Below are positions 1 through 7,095 of a stretch of 10,467 nucleotides of DNA, in pieces (the stretch's first letter is position 1; each line of letters opens with the position of its first letter). The notes below the pieces were generated by a model, which made no database searches, was not told the origin of the DNA, and saw nothing but the letters and a program-made list of their open reading frames with translations. The stretch is from Candidatus Fraserbacteria bacterium (GTDB taxonomy: Bacteria > Bipolaricaulota > Bipolaricaulia > RBG-16-55-9). The DNA lies in assembly GCA_037442925.1 (NCBI GenBank), contig JBBIPG010000066.1, positions 1 to 10,467 of the forward strand, read 5' to 3'. Both the position numbers and the translations under genes were made by a program.

Positions 1-17
1 TGTTCCAGGATCGGCAT
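1..17 (-). CDS. 5' end of an unidentified gene running off the left edge (MPILE...)
   Basis: The minus strand reads GAAGGAGGGTACC-ATG CCG ATC CTG GAA: a strong Shine-Dalgarno (AAGGAGG, 23-29) just before the ATG at 17. Only 5 full codons are visible. Confidence 0.55.
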
Positions 18-75
18 GGTACCCTCCTTCTTTTTCGTTACTGAAGGCTAGGATACCATGCTTTTGCCCTCGTGA

Positions 76-503
76 AAGACTTGTGCCAGAAAGCTCTCGC
101 AGGCGCTGGGAGTCGAGCTGGATGGGCTGGCTCAAGGGGGCTTGGCGAAGAAAGTCAAAGACAGAGTGCGGGTGCTTGCGGCTCTGGAGCGCGATCCGAA
201 AGTCTTAGAAAAGCAAGAGGGCTAGAAGCGCTGCTTATCAATGGACTGCACAAAGCACTAGTGCTCTGGGAGAAAGGCGATCTGGCAAAGCTGCACGAGT
301 TCTTGGCCGCAGAGGGCCTGCTCAACGCCGAGAGGTTCTGGCGGTTGGCCCAAGCGCTGATCACCGTCTTGCCCGACGGCGACGAAGAGCGTAAGCTGTT
401 GGAGCAGCTGATGCCCTCGCGCGAGGGGCTGTTGAGAAAAGAGTCGGCACGAGAGGTCCCGCGCGGGCAGAAGGGGTTGTTTGAAGAGAAAGGTGATCGG
501 TGA
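76..503 (+). pseudogene. C-terminal remnant of a DUF1156-type adenine DNA methylase (partner of DUF499 ATPases), frameshifted and 5'-truncated
   Basis: Frame +1 (85-222) reads ARKLSQALGVELDGLAQGGLAKKVKDRVRVLAALER..., ending at TAG 223-225. Frame +3 continues LINGLHKALVLWEKGD...FWRLAQALITVLPDGDEERKLLEQL. Both resemble the DUF1156 methylase C-terminus as I recall it. Adding one A to the run at 209-212 joins them. No catalytic domain is present, and a DUF499 remnant lies downstream. Confidence 0.65.
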
Positions 504-727
504 TGACGGTCAAGGAGCGAGCTAAAGCGATCATTGATGAACTGCCGAACGAAATGGTGCGCGACCTGTTGGTTCTGATGGAGCGCTTGGAGGAGTGGGG
601 CGCAACACTCGAACTCCTCGAAGATGAAACTTTTATGAAGGCTTGGGAAAAGGGCAAGGCCGAGGTCGAGCGCGGTGAAACTATCCCATGGCGGAAGATA
701 AAGCGAAGCAATGCCAAAGCGCGCTAA
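500..727 (+). CDS. Putative type II antitoxin (RelB/StbD-like partner of the downstream toxin)
   Basis: A 75-aa protein with an acidic middle and C-terminal pattern ATLELLEDETFMKAWEKGKAEVERGETIPW typical of RelE partners. It overlaps the toxin start by 17 bp and the upstream stop by GTGA. Confidence 0.75.
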   Translation: MMTVKERAKAIIDELPNEMVRDLLVLMERLEEWGATLELLEDETFMKAWEKGKAEVERGETIPWRKIKRSNAKAR

Positions 728-989
728 TTATCGTGTCGAGCTATCAAAGAGCGCCGCAAGCTACTACAAGCGTGTGGACAAGAGCACAGCTCAGAGACTC
801 GACGAATGCTTTACAGCCTTGGAACATGATCCCTTCGACTTTGAGCATCACGACATCAAGCGGCTTTGGGGAAAGCTCAAGGGCAGGTTGCGCCATCGGG
901 TAGGCAAGCTCCGCGTGGTATACAAGGTGGATCAGGAACAAAAGGTGGTCTATGTTGAGGTCATCGCATCCCGAGGCGATGCTTACTAA
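711..989 (+). CDS. relE: RelE/ParE superfamily toxin (RelE/StbE-like mRNA interferase)
   Basis: A 92-aa basic protein with YRVELSKSA, IKRLWGKLKGRLRHRVGKLRVVY and C-terminal VEVIASRGDAY, matching RelE-family motifs. It follows a small antitoxin-like gene. Confidence 0.85.
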   Translation: MPKRANYRVELSKSAASYYKRVDKSTAQRLDECFTALEHDPFDFEHHDIKRLWGKLKGRLRHRVGKLRVVYKVDQEQKVVYVEVIASRGDAY

Positions 990-1000
990 GTGACGAAGAA

Positions 1001-1892
1001 ATGGGCAAAAAGAAGTCCCTCGCGAGAGTCTGGGAACTCTGCGAGCCCCATCCCGATGTCTTCTCCGGCGAGTTGAATCTGACGCTCTTTGCCGCGAGCT
1101 TACACCAAGTCGAAACGGGCGACGCATCCGCCGACTACACCGAGCCCGAGCGCTTCTTCGAAAAGACGTTTATGACCAAGAGCTTAGAGAATCTCTTAGA
1201 GGGCGTGCTAGGGCGGCTGTCGGGCGAGGCAGAGAAGGGCGCGCCCGTCTTGCAGCTCCAGACGCCCTGCGGCGGCGGCAAGACCCACACCCTCGTGGCG
1301 CTCTATGAGCTCGTGCGTGAGGCCGATGAAGCCCGTACTGCCCCCAGCAGCGAGCTGTTGACGAAACTCTTGCGGGCTGCGGCCCCTGCGCTCATTCTGA
1401 TGAAACATCTGCGGGCGGAGGCGCTGGGGGCTCAAACACTGGCAGAGCGCATCTGGCGAAGTCTCAAGGAACAGGGTCTCTTATTGGAGACACTGGCTCC
1501 GGGGTTCCTCATGGAATTCATCTGGCCCAAAGGTGAAGACAAGATCTCGCTACGGGCGTTCTGATCACAGCCCAAAACGCTCGTGAGTTCAATTCAATGC
1601 GTCAGCGAAGGGGACAGAAACAGCTGCCAGCAGACAAAGCTCGACAGGTCAGGCAGTCGTGCGGGCGAGTTCGGCATCTGACAGCGCAACGATGCCCCAT
1701 CCAGGAGTTCGACGATTGAAGATCTCGACTCAAGTGGAGATGCTCTACCCCCTTCTCAAAGCCGCCGAGCAGCTACGGCAGCTCCACGGGCAAGTGCACC
1801 TGGTGATCGAGTCCGAAGGGATTCCCACATCTCTCCAGAAGGAGATTGAGAAGCTCTTGCAAGCTTATGGCGTCTCGTACGAATTCGAGTGA
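1001..1892 (+). pseudogene. DUF499 family AAA+ ATPase, collapsed by internal deletions, an in-frame stop and a frameshift
   Basis: N-terminus has PHPDV, FAASL, YTEPERFFEKTF and Walker A QTPCGGGKTH (GGGKTH at 1271-1288). It then jumps to YELVREADEARTAP...PALILM, lacking the DE of Walker B, and then to sequence resembling the C-terminal part. After the in-frame TGA at 1562-1564 comes PKTLVSSIQCVSEG, and another frame (1659-1892) gives the typical tail ...SEGIPTSLQKEIEKLLQAYGV. Intact members are several times longer. Confidence 0.8.
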
Positions 1893-1958
1893 GGTGACAC
1901 GCTATTCGATCTCAGATGCGTCTGAGCCAAGTCTTCCCGTAATCGAGAGTTTGAGCAC

Positions 1959-2870
1959 TTATCTCATCAGCAAGGCCAGAATCGCCTTCTGGGCATGAAG
2001 TCTATTCTCCGCTTCATCAAAGATCACACTCTGGGGTCCATGCGCCACCTCATGCGCGATCTCTTCATCGTAATGGGCAGGCAGGCAATGCATCACGATC
2101 GCATCGGGCTTGGCACGCTTGAGTAGCTCATGATTGATACGAAAGCCACGAAACGCCTGCTTCTTCTGCGGGGCGACCGCTTCTTGTCCCATCGAAGCCC
2201 AGACGTCCGTGTAGAGAACATCAGCATTCTTCACAGCCTCTTGGGGATCATGTAGAATCTCCACCCGCGTTCCCCCTTGCTTCGCATACTCCACAATCTC
2301 GTGCTTCGGCTCAAAGTCTGGGGGACACGCCACAAAGACATCCATGCCCAACTTCGGACCCGCCTGAAGCCATGAGTGGCAAACATTGTTGCCGTCGCCA
2401 ATCCATGCCAGTTTCAGCCCTTCGATCTTTCGCTTGGCTTCCCACACGGTTAAGAGATCTCCCAGCACCTGGCAGGGATGCTCTCGATCCGAAAGCCCAT
2501 TGATGACGGGTACACTCGCATGTTCTGCTAACTCTTCCACTATCTCGTGCCCGAAGACGCGCGCCATGATCCCGTCGCAGTAGCGACTCAAGACGAGAGC
2601 GATGTCTTCTGTCATCTCGCGCTGCCCGAGCTGAATATCACTGGGAGCCAGATAGAGGGCATGTCCCCCCAGCTGGGTCATACCGACCTCGAAGGAGACG
2701 CGCGTTCTCAGCGATGGTTTCTGGAAGATCATCGCGAGCGTCTTGCCCCTAAGAAGCGTCTGTTCATGACCCGTCTTGTGTTCGATCTTAAGTTGCTTCG
2801 CGGTCTCTATGTATTCCCAAAGCTCGTCACCACTGAAATCAGCCAGTGAGATGAAATGCTTCGTTCCCAT
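1959..2870 (-). CDS. argF: Ornithine carbamoyltransferase
   Basis: Carbamoyl-phosphate motif FQKPSLRTRVSF, HPCQ, GDGNNV, the SMG loop (DVWASMGQE), HCLP and FDEAENRLH. SD GAGGAGG at 2881-2887 on the minus strand. Confidence 0.96.
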   Translation of the reverse strand: MGTKHFISLADFSGDELWEYIETAKQLKIEHKTGHEQTLLRGKTLAMIFQKPSLRTRVSFEVGMTQLGGHALYLAPSDIQLGQREMTEDIALVLSRYCDGIMARVFGHEIVEELAEHASVPVINGLSDREHPCQVLGDLLTVWEAKRKIEGLKLAWIGDGNNVCHSWLQAGPKLGMDVFVACPPDFEPKHEIVEYAKQGGTRVEILHDPQEAVKNADVLYTDVWASMGQEAVAPQKKQAFRGFRINHELLKRAKPDAIVMHCLPAHYDEEIAHEVAHGPQSVIFDEAENRLHAQKAILALLMR

Positions 2871-2895
2871 GGAAGAATGTCCTCCTCAAGGGGCT

Positions 2896-2942
2896 AGCAT
2901 AGCATGTTCGAGTTGACATTCCCAAGCCCCTTGTAGTAACGT
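2896..2942. promoter_or_regulatory. Divergent sigma70-like promoters for argF and the ilvE-gltX-rsmD operon
   Basis: Plus strand: TTGACA (2913-2918), 18 nt, TAACGT (2937-2942). Minus strand: extended -10 TGcTATGCT (2904-2896). Confidence 0.5.
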
Positions 2943-3019
2943 GTAAGGGGACACCCCCAGCGGAACCTGATGAAGATTTCTCTATTCAGAAGAGCATCAA
3001 CGGAAGAAAGGGGCCATCC

Positions 3020-3922
3020 ATGAAGGTCTACCTCGACGGGAAATTCGTGCCAGAGGAGGAAGCAAAGGTCAGCATTTTTGACCACGGTCTCTTGTACGGC
3101 GATGGCATCTTTGAGGGCATCCGGGCCTACAACGGGTACGTCTTCAAGCTGGAGGAACACTTAGATCGCATGTACGACAGCGCCAGGGGCATTCGTCTAG
3201 AGATCCCTCTTGCGCGTGAGGAGATGAAGGAAGCCATCTTGGAGACACTCCGCGTCAACCAACTCAAGACTTCCTACGTCCGCCCCATCGTGACTCGCGG
3301 TGTGGGAGATCTGGGGATCGACCCAAGAAAGTGCAAGGCCAAGCCCACGGTGATCGTCATCGTGCGCGAGTGGAAGTCGCTCTACCCCGAAGAGCACTAT
3401 CAGAAGGGGCTGCGGGCGATCGTGGCAGCAACCCGGGCCAGACCTCCCGAAAGCCTCTCGCCCAGCATCAAGACCCTCAACTATCTGACCAACATCATGG
3501 CCAAGATTGAGGCCAACGTATGGGGGGCGGACGAAGCCATCATGCTCGACGTGCGGGGCAACGTAGCCGAGGGGACTGCCGATAACGTCTTCATCGTAAA
3601 GCACGGCGTCTTGTATACGCCTCCCGTGACGACGAACTTGCCCGGCATCACGCGAGCCACCATCATCGAGCTGGCTCATGATGCAGACTACGAGGTCCGC
3701 GAAGAGCACTTCGGCATCGGGCAGCTGTACATGGCCGACGAGGTATTTCTTACGGGTACGGCGGCCGAAGTGGTCCCCATCGTGGAGATCGATGGGCGCG
3801 TGATTGGCTCCGGTCAGCCAGGTCACATCACCAAGGAACTTCGCAAGCGATACAAAGAGATCACGGGTATCCCCGAGACCGGAACGCCCATCTACAGCAA
3901 ACCCTTACAGAGAGTGAAATAG
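3020..3922 (+). CDS. ilvE: Branched-chain amino acid aminotransferase (PLP fold type IV)
   Basis: DHGLLYGDGIFEGIRAY, YVRPIVTRG, PLP lysine in IKTLNY, EGTADNVF, LPGITR and ADEVFLTGTAAEV. Confidence 0.95.
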   Translation: MKVYLDGKFVPEEEAKVSIFDHGLLYGDGIFEGIRAYNGYVFKLEEHLDRMYDSARGIRLEIPLAREEMKEAILETLRVNQLKTSYVRPIVTRGVGDLGIDPRKCKAKPTVIVIVREWKSLYPEEHYQKGLRAIVAATRARPPESLSPSIKTLNYLTNIMAKIEANVWGADEAIMLDVRGNVAEGTADNVFIVKHGVLYTPPVTTNLPGITRATIIELAHDADYEVREEHFGIGQLYMADEVFLTGTAAEVVPIVEIDGRVIGSGQPGHITKELRKRYKEITGIPETGTPIYSKPLQRVK

Positions 3923-5380
3923 ATGAGGCCTCGCGTTCGATTCGCTCCCAGCCCCACAGGGGAACTCCATGTGGGAGGCGCCCGCACCGCGCTCTTTAAC
4001 TGGCTCTTCGCCCGCAAGCACAGGGGCGTGTTTGTATTGCGTTTCGAAGACACGGACATTGAGCGCAATCGCCCAGAGTTGGTGGAGCCCATTCTGGAAA
4101 GTTTCCGCTGGCTTGGGATTCTCTGGGATGAGGGACCGTATTTTCAGAGCCAGCGCTTCGCTCTCTACAGAGAGTATGCCGAGCGACTGCTGCGCGAGGG
4201 CCAAGCCTATCGCTGCTATTGTGCACCAGAAGAGCTTGAACAAAAGCGTACGCAAGCGATGGCCGCCAAGCGCAAGCCCAAATATGATGGGCACTGCCGA
4301 AATCTCTCTTCTGAGGAGCAGAAACGCTACGAGGCGGAAGGCCGAAAGCCGGCTCTACGGATCAAAGCTCCCCAAAGCGGCATGACCATAGTGGAAGACC
4401 TTATTCGCGGTCATGTGGAGTTTGACAACACAGAACTCGATGATTTTATCATCTTCCGCTCCGATGGGCGGCCTACCTACAACTTCGCGGTTGTCGTCGA
4501 TGATGTGACCATGGGCATTACTCACGTGATCCGTGCGGATGAACACCTCAACAACACGCCCAAACAGATATTCATCTATGAAGCTTTGGGATATGCGCTC
4601 CCGCAGTTTGCTCATGTGCCCATGGTCTTGGCCAAAGATCGCACGAAGCTCTCTAAGCGCCACGGGGCCACAGCGGTGTTTGAGTTTCGAGATCGGGGCA
4701 TCCTACCGGAAGCGCTGATGAACCATCTAGCCCGATTGGGCTGGTCTTGCGGCGACCAAGAGATCTTCTCACGGGAGGAACTCATCGAGAAATTTTCCTT
4801 GGAGTCCGTGAACCCCGCCGCAGCCATCTTTGATGATGAAAAACTTCTGTGGCTCAATCACCATTACATCAAGACCGGAGACCAACGACGATTGGGTCAT
4901 CTCGTGCGCGCGTTTGCCGTCAGACGTGGCTTCCTCACCGAAGCCGAGGCTGGGAAAATCCCCGAAGAGCGTTGGGCTGCCGTTGTGGATTTTCTTAAAG
5001 AGCGCAAACGGACGCTCCTTGAACTTGCTGAAGGAGCGCTGCCTTTCCTTACGGATCGACTGAACTATGACCCGAAAGTCGTCGAGAAGTTCTTAACTCC
5101 AGACAAGGCAACGCTGCTGCAGGAGATTGCAGAGATTCTTCAGGCGATGTCCGACCAGGACTTCCGAGCTGCTGTTTTGGAAGAGAGGGTTCGAATTCAT
5201 TTGGAGTCACAAGGGCGGGCTCTGAAAGAGATCGCCCAGCCATGCCGGGTGGCGCTTACGGGAGTCACAACAGGCCCAGGGCTTTTTGAGACCATGGAGT
5301 TTCTCGGCAAAGCTTGGGTCATCGCGCGGCTTAAGCGGGCGATAGAAAAGATCCAAGGAGTCGGGTCCCCAGCTCGATGA
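3923..5380 (+). CDS. gltX: Glutamate--tRNA ligase
   Basis: RFAPSPTG, HIGH-like HVGG, LRFEDTD, CYC...YDGHC zinc motif, KMSKS-like KLSKR and a full anticodon-binding domain (485 aa). Confidence 0.97.
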   Translation: MRPRVRFAPSPTGELHVGGARTALFNWLFARKHRGVFVLRFEDTDIERNRPELVEPILESFRWLGILWDEGPYFQSQRFALYREYAERLLREGQAYRCYCAPEELEQKRTQAMAAKRKPKYDGHCRNLSSEEQKRYEAEGRKPALRIKAPQSGMTIVEDLIRGHVEFDNTELDDFIIFRSDGRPTYNFAVVVDDVTMGITHVIRADEHLNNTPKQIFIYEALGYALPQFAHVPMVLAKDRTKLSKRHGATAVFEFRDRGILPEALMNHLARLGWSCGDQEIFSREELIEKFSLESVNPAAAIFDDEKLLWLNHHYIKTGDQRRLGHLVRAFAVRRGFLTEAEAGKIPEERWAAVVDFLKERKRTLLELAEGALPFLTDRLNYDPKVVEKFLTPDKATLLQEIAEILQAMSDQDFRAAVLEERVRIHLESQGRALKEIAQPCRVALTGVTTGPGLFETMEFLGKAWVIARLKRAIEKIQGVGSPAR

Positions 5381-5961
5381 GGGTGACAGGGGGAATGCTC
5401 AAGGGACGCGAGCTTTTCGGTCCCAAGAGCGCCGAGATTCGCCCCATGCGCGATCAGGTACGCCTGGCGCTCTTTAGCATCCTCGAGCATGTCATTGAAG
5501 GCAGCCGGTTTCTTGATCTATTTGCGGGCACAGGCAGTGTAGGCATCGAGGCACTCAGTCGGGGAGCTGAGCACGCCGTCTTTGTGGATAGTTCCACGCA
5601 AGCCGTACAGATCATTCAGAAAAATCTACAGCAACTCGAACTGATGAAGCAAGCGACCGTCTATCGTGAAGACGCATTCCTGGCTCTAGAGGATCTCAGC
5701 AAGAGGGGACAGCGTTTTGATCTCGTCTTCGTGGGACCTCCCTATGGCAAGGGCTTAGTAGGCAGAACACTGGAGAGAATTTCTGAGCTAAATGTGCTGA
5801 ACCCCGATGCGATTGTTGTGACAGAAATTTTCAAGAAAGAGACTGTGCAAGACCGCTACGGTGCGTTAGAGCTTTTCGATGAGCGGCTGTACGGAGACAA
5901 TCGAATGAAGCTCTATCGAAAGACCTCGCCCACCGGAACCTTGAAGCCGGCGAGTACCTGA
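5377..5961 (+). CDS. rsmD: 16S rRNA m2G966 methyltransferase RsmD-like
   Basis: MRVTGGMLKGREL, RP..DQVR.ALF.IL, SAM motif LDLFAGTGSVGIEALSRGA and YG near the C-terminus. Motif IV is GPPY instead of DPPY. ATGA overlap with gltX. Confidence 0.9.
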   Translation: MRVTGGMLKGRELFGPKSAEIRPMRDQVRLALFSILEHVIEGSRFLDLFAGTGSVGIEALSRGAEHAVFVDSSTQAVQIIQKNLQQLELMKQATVYREDAFLALEDLSKRGQRFDLVFVGPPYGKGLVGRTLERISELNVLNPDAIVVTEIFKKETVQDRYGALELFDERLYGDNRMKLYRKTSPTGTLKPAST

Positions 5962-6515
5962 GAGCGTGCGGTCTCACCGGAATGGAATCTGTCGACGAGC
6001 TCATAGGCCCGTTCCCGCAGTACGTACACCTCGATCGTCTGCTCTTCCGGATCGATCAGCCAGTACTCTCCGACTCCGGCCTTGGCGTACTCGAATAGCT
6101 TTTCTCCGCGATCCACGCGACGGGTGCTCGGTGAGGTCACCTCGACAACCAAATCCGGCACGCCACAGGCTTGCTCCGCAATACGATCCCGATGCTCCTT
6201 GGAGATGAAGAAGATATCGGGTTCGCGGATCTTCCCCGGCCACAGCCGAACCGGAAGGGGGGCCAAGCGCACTACACCGAGTTGCTTCTGTTTTACAAAC
6301 ATCTCTAGCTGGAGAAACAAGTTTTGTAAGGCTGTCTGATGGCTGTACGTTGGATGCGGTGGCATGACCAATGCCCCCTCGGAGAGCTCTACAAGACGAT
6401 TCGTATCGGGCAGTGAAAAGTAGTCCTCTTCCGTCCATTGTCCTTGAGGCGGGTAGAGCTCTGCCACCGGTGCCGACTTGCCGCGCCTCGATCTTTTGAG
6501 CTTCGGATCATTCAC
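5913..6515 (-). CDS. Uma2 family (PD-(D/E)XK) putative endonuclease
   Basis: WTEEDY, VEL.EG, H, REPDI, PDLVVEVTSPS, K...YA..GV.EYWLIDP and S.VL.GF. The start is more likely GTG at 6515, 9 nt after GAGGAG (6525-6530), than the TTG at 6524. Confidence 0.92.
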   Translation of the reverse strand: MNDPKLKRSRRGKSAPVAELYPPQGQWTEEDYFSLPDTNRLVELSEGALVMPPHPTYSHQTALQNLFLQLEMFVKQKQLGVVRLAPLPVRLWPGKIREPDIFFISKEHRDRIAEQACGVPDLVVEVTSPSTRRVDRGEKLFEYAKAGVGEYWLIDPEEQTIEVYVLRERAYELVDRFHSGETARSQVLAGFKVPVGEVFR

Positions 6516-6589
6516 GAGGATCAACTCCTCTCGTATATCATCGCTCTATCATAGCCTGCTCGGAATTCTATCGCGAAAGGCCTTGCTCG

Positions 6590-6687
6590 GTCTAACGAGC
6601 TACCAATCACCTGCGGCGGGCGCTCATAAGCGCTGGCCGAGCCACGAACCCGCGGCGCCCGCCGTCAGGTGCATTGGCGTGTTAGAG
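6590..6687 (-). mobile_element. Integron attC recombination site (98 bp)
   Basis: Minus strand: R'' CTCTAAC (6687-6681) and R' GTTAGAC (6596-6590). The arms 6603-6623 and 6655-6677 form a 21-bp stem with two unpaired bases (T6665, C6672), both on the R''-proximal arm. It lies 46 bp downstream of the DUF4242 gene. Confidence 0.85.
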
Positions 6688-6733
6688 GGCGCTGTTGCCT
6701 CTCCCGCCAAGCGCGGGAACACATCGCCCATTG

Positions 6734-7006
6734 TCACTCCGCTGTGGTCGGATCGATTACCGATCGGACACGCGACACCTGGTTCGCGGGGAACCCGCCT
6801 TGCCGAGCGTGCTCGCGTACCGCCTCTTCATTCGGTGCGACGTACACACAGTAGATCTTATCGTCCGTGACGTAGCTCTGGACCCACTGGATCTGTGGCC
6901 CCATTTCTTTCAGAACACCGCATGACTTCTGCGAGATGGCTTGGAGCTCCTGCGGGGAGAGCTTCCCGGCCCCGGGGATCTCCCTCTCGATGACGAACTT
7001 CGGCAT
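6734..7006 (-). CDS. DUF4242 domain protein (SCO4226-like), carried as an integron gene cassette
   Basis: MPKFVIEREIPGAG...QWVQSYVTDDKIYCVYVAPNEEAVREHA..GGFPAN matches DUF4242. SD AGGAGGTG lies 6 nt before the ATG at 7006. Confidence 0.88.
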   Translation of the reverse strand: MPKFVIEREIPGAGKLSPQELQAISQKSCGVLKEMGPQIQWVQSYVTDDKIYCVYVAPNEEAVREHARQGGFPANQVSRVRSVIDPTTAE

Positions 7007-7057
7007 GATGGTCACCTCCTTTCTTTAGTTTCAGTACGCTTCGACTGGTCGGACGCT

Positions 7058-7095
7058 TTCTAACTAGTAATTATACCGCACCCGCGGTATAATAT
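7058..7095 (-). promoter_or_regulatory. Candidate attI site / cassette 5' junction with divergent -10 boxes
   Basis: The minus strand reads ...GCGGTATAATTACTAG|TTAGAA, with core GTTAGAA at 7064-7058 pairing 6/7 with the attC R''. A perfect inverted repeat ATTATACCGC-N4-GCGGTATAAT (7070-7093) carries TATAAT on each strand. Confidence 0.6.

Noticed and set aside
1562..1564. TGA readthrough (Trp or Sec recoding) in the DUF499 frame
   Set aside because: gltX, rsmD, glnS and the cupin gene all end in TGA, and the gene has other disabling lesions.
1911..1926. Hairpin CTCAGA-TGCG-TCTGAG between convergent genes as a terminator
   Set aside because: The stem is only 6 bp and there is no U-tract on either strand.
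1959..2870. N-acetyl/N-succinylornithine carbamoyltransferase, suggested by SLRT instead of STRT
   Set aside because: The SMG loop and HCLPAH are present, as in ordinary ornithine carbamoyltransferases.
3197..3826. Long antisense ORF (209 aa) opposite ilvE
   Set aside because: It is a shadow of codon bias in a well-conserved gene and has no recognisable motifs.
7032..7047. CAGT-N8-ACTG as a LexA box for the integrase
   Set aside because: It does not match CTGT-N8-ACAG or GAAC-N4-GTTC, and it lies inside the cassette rather than at the intI promoter.
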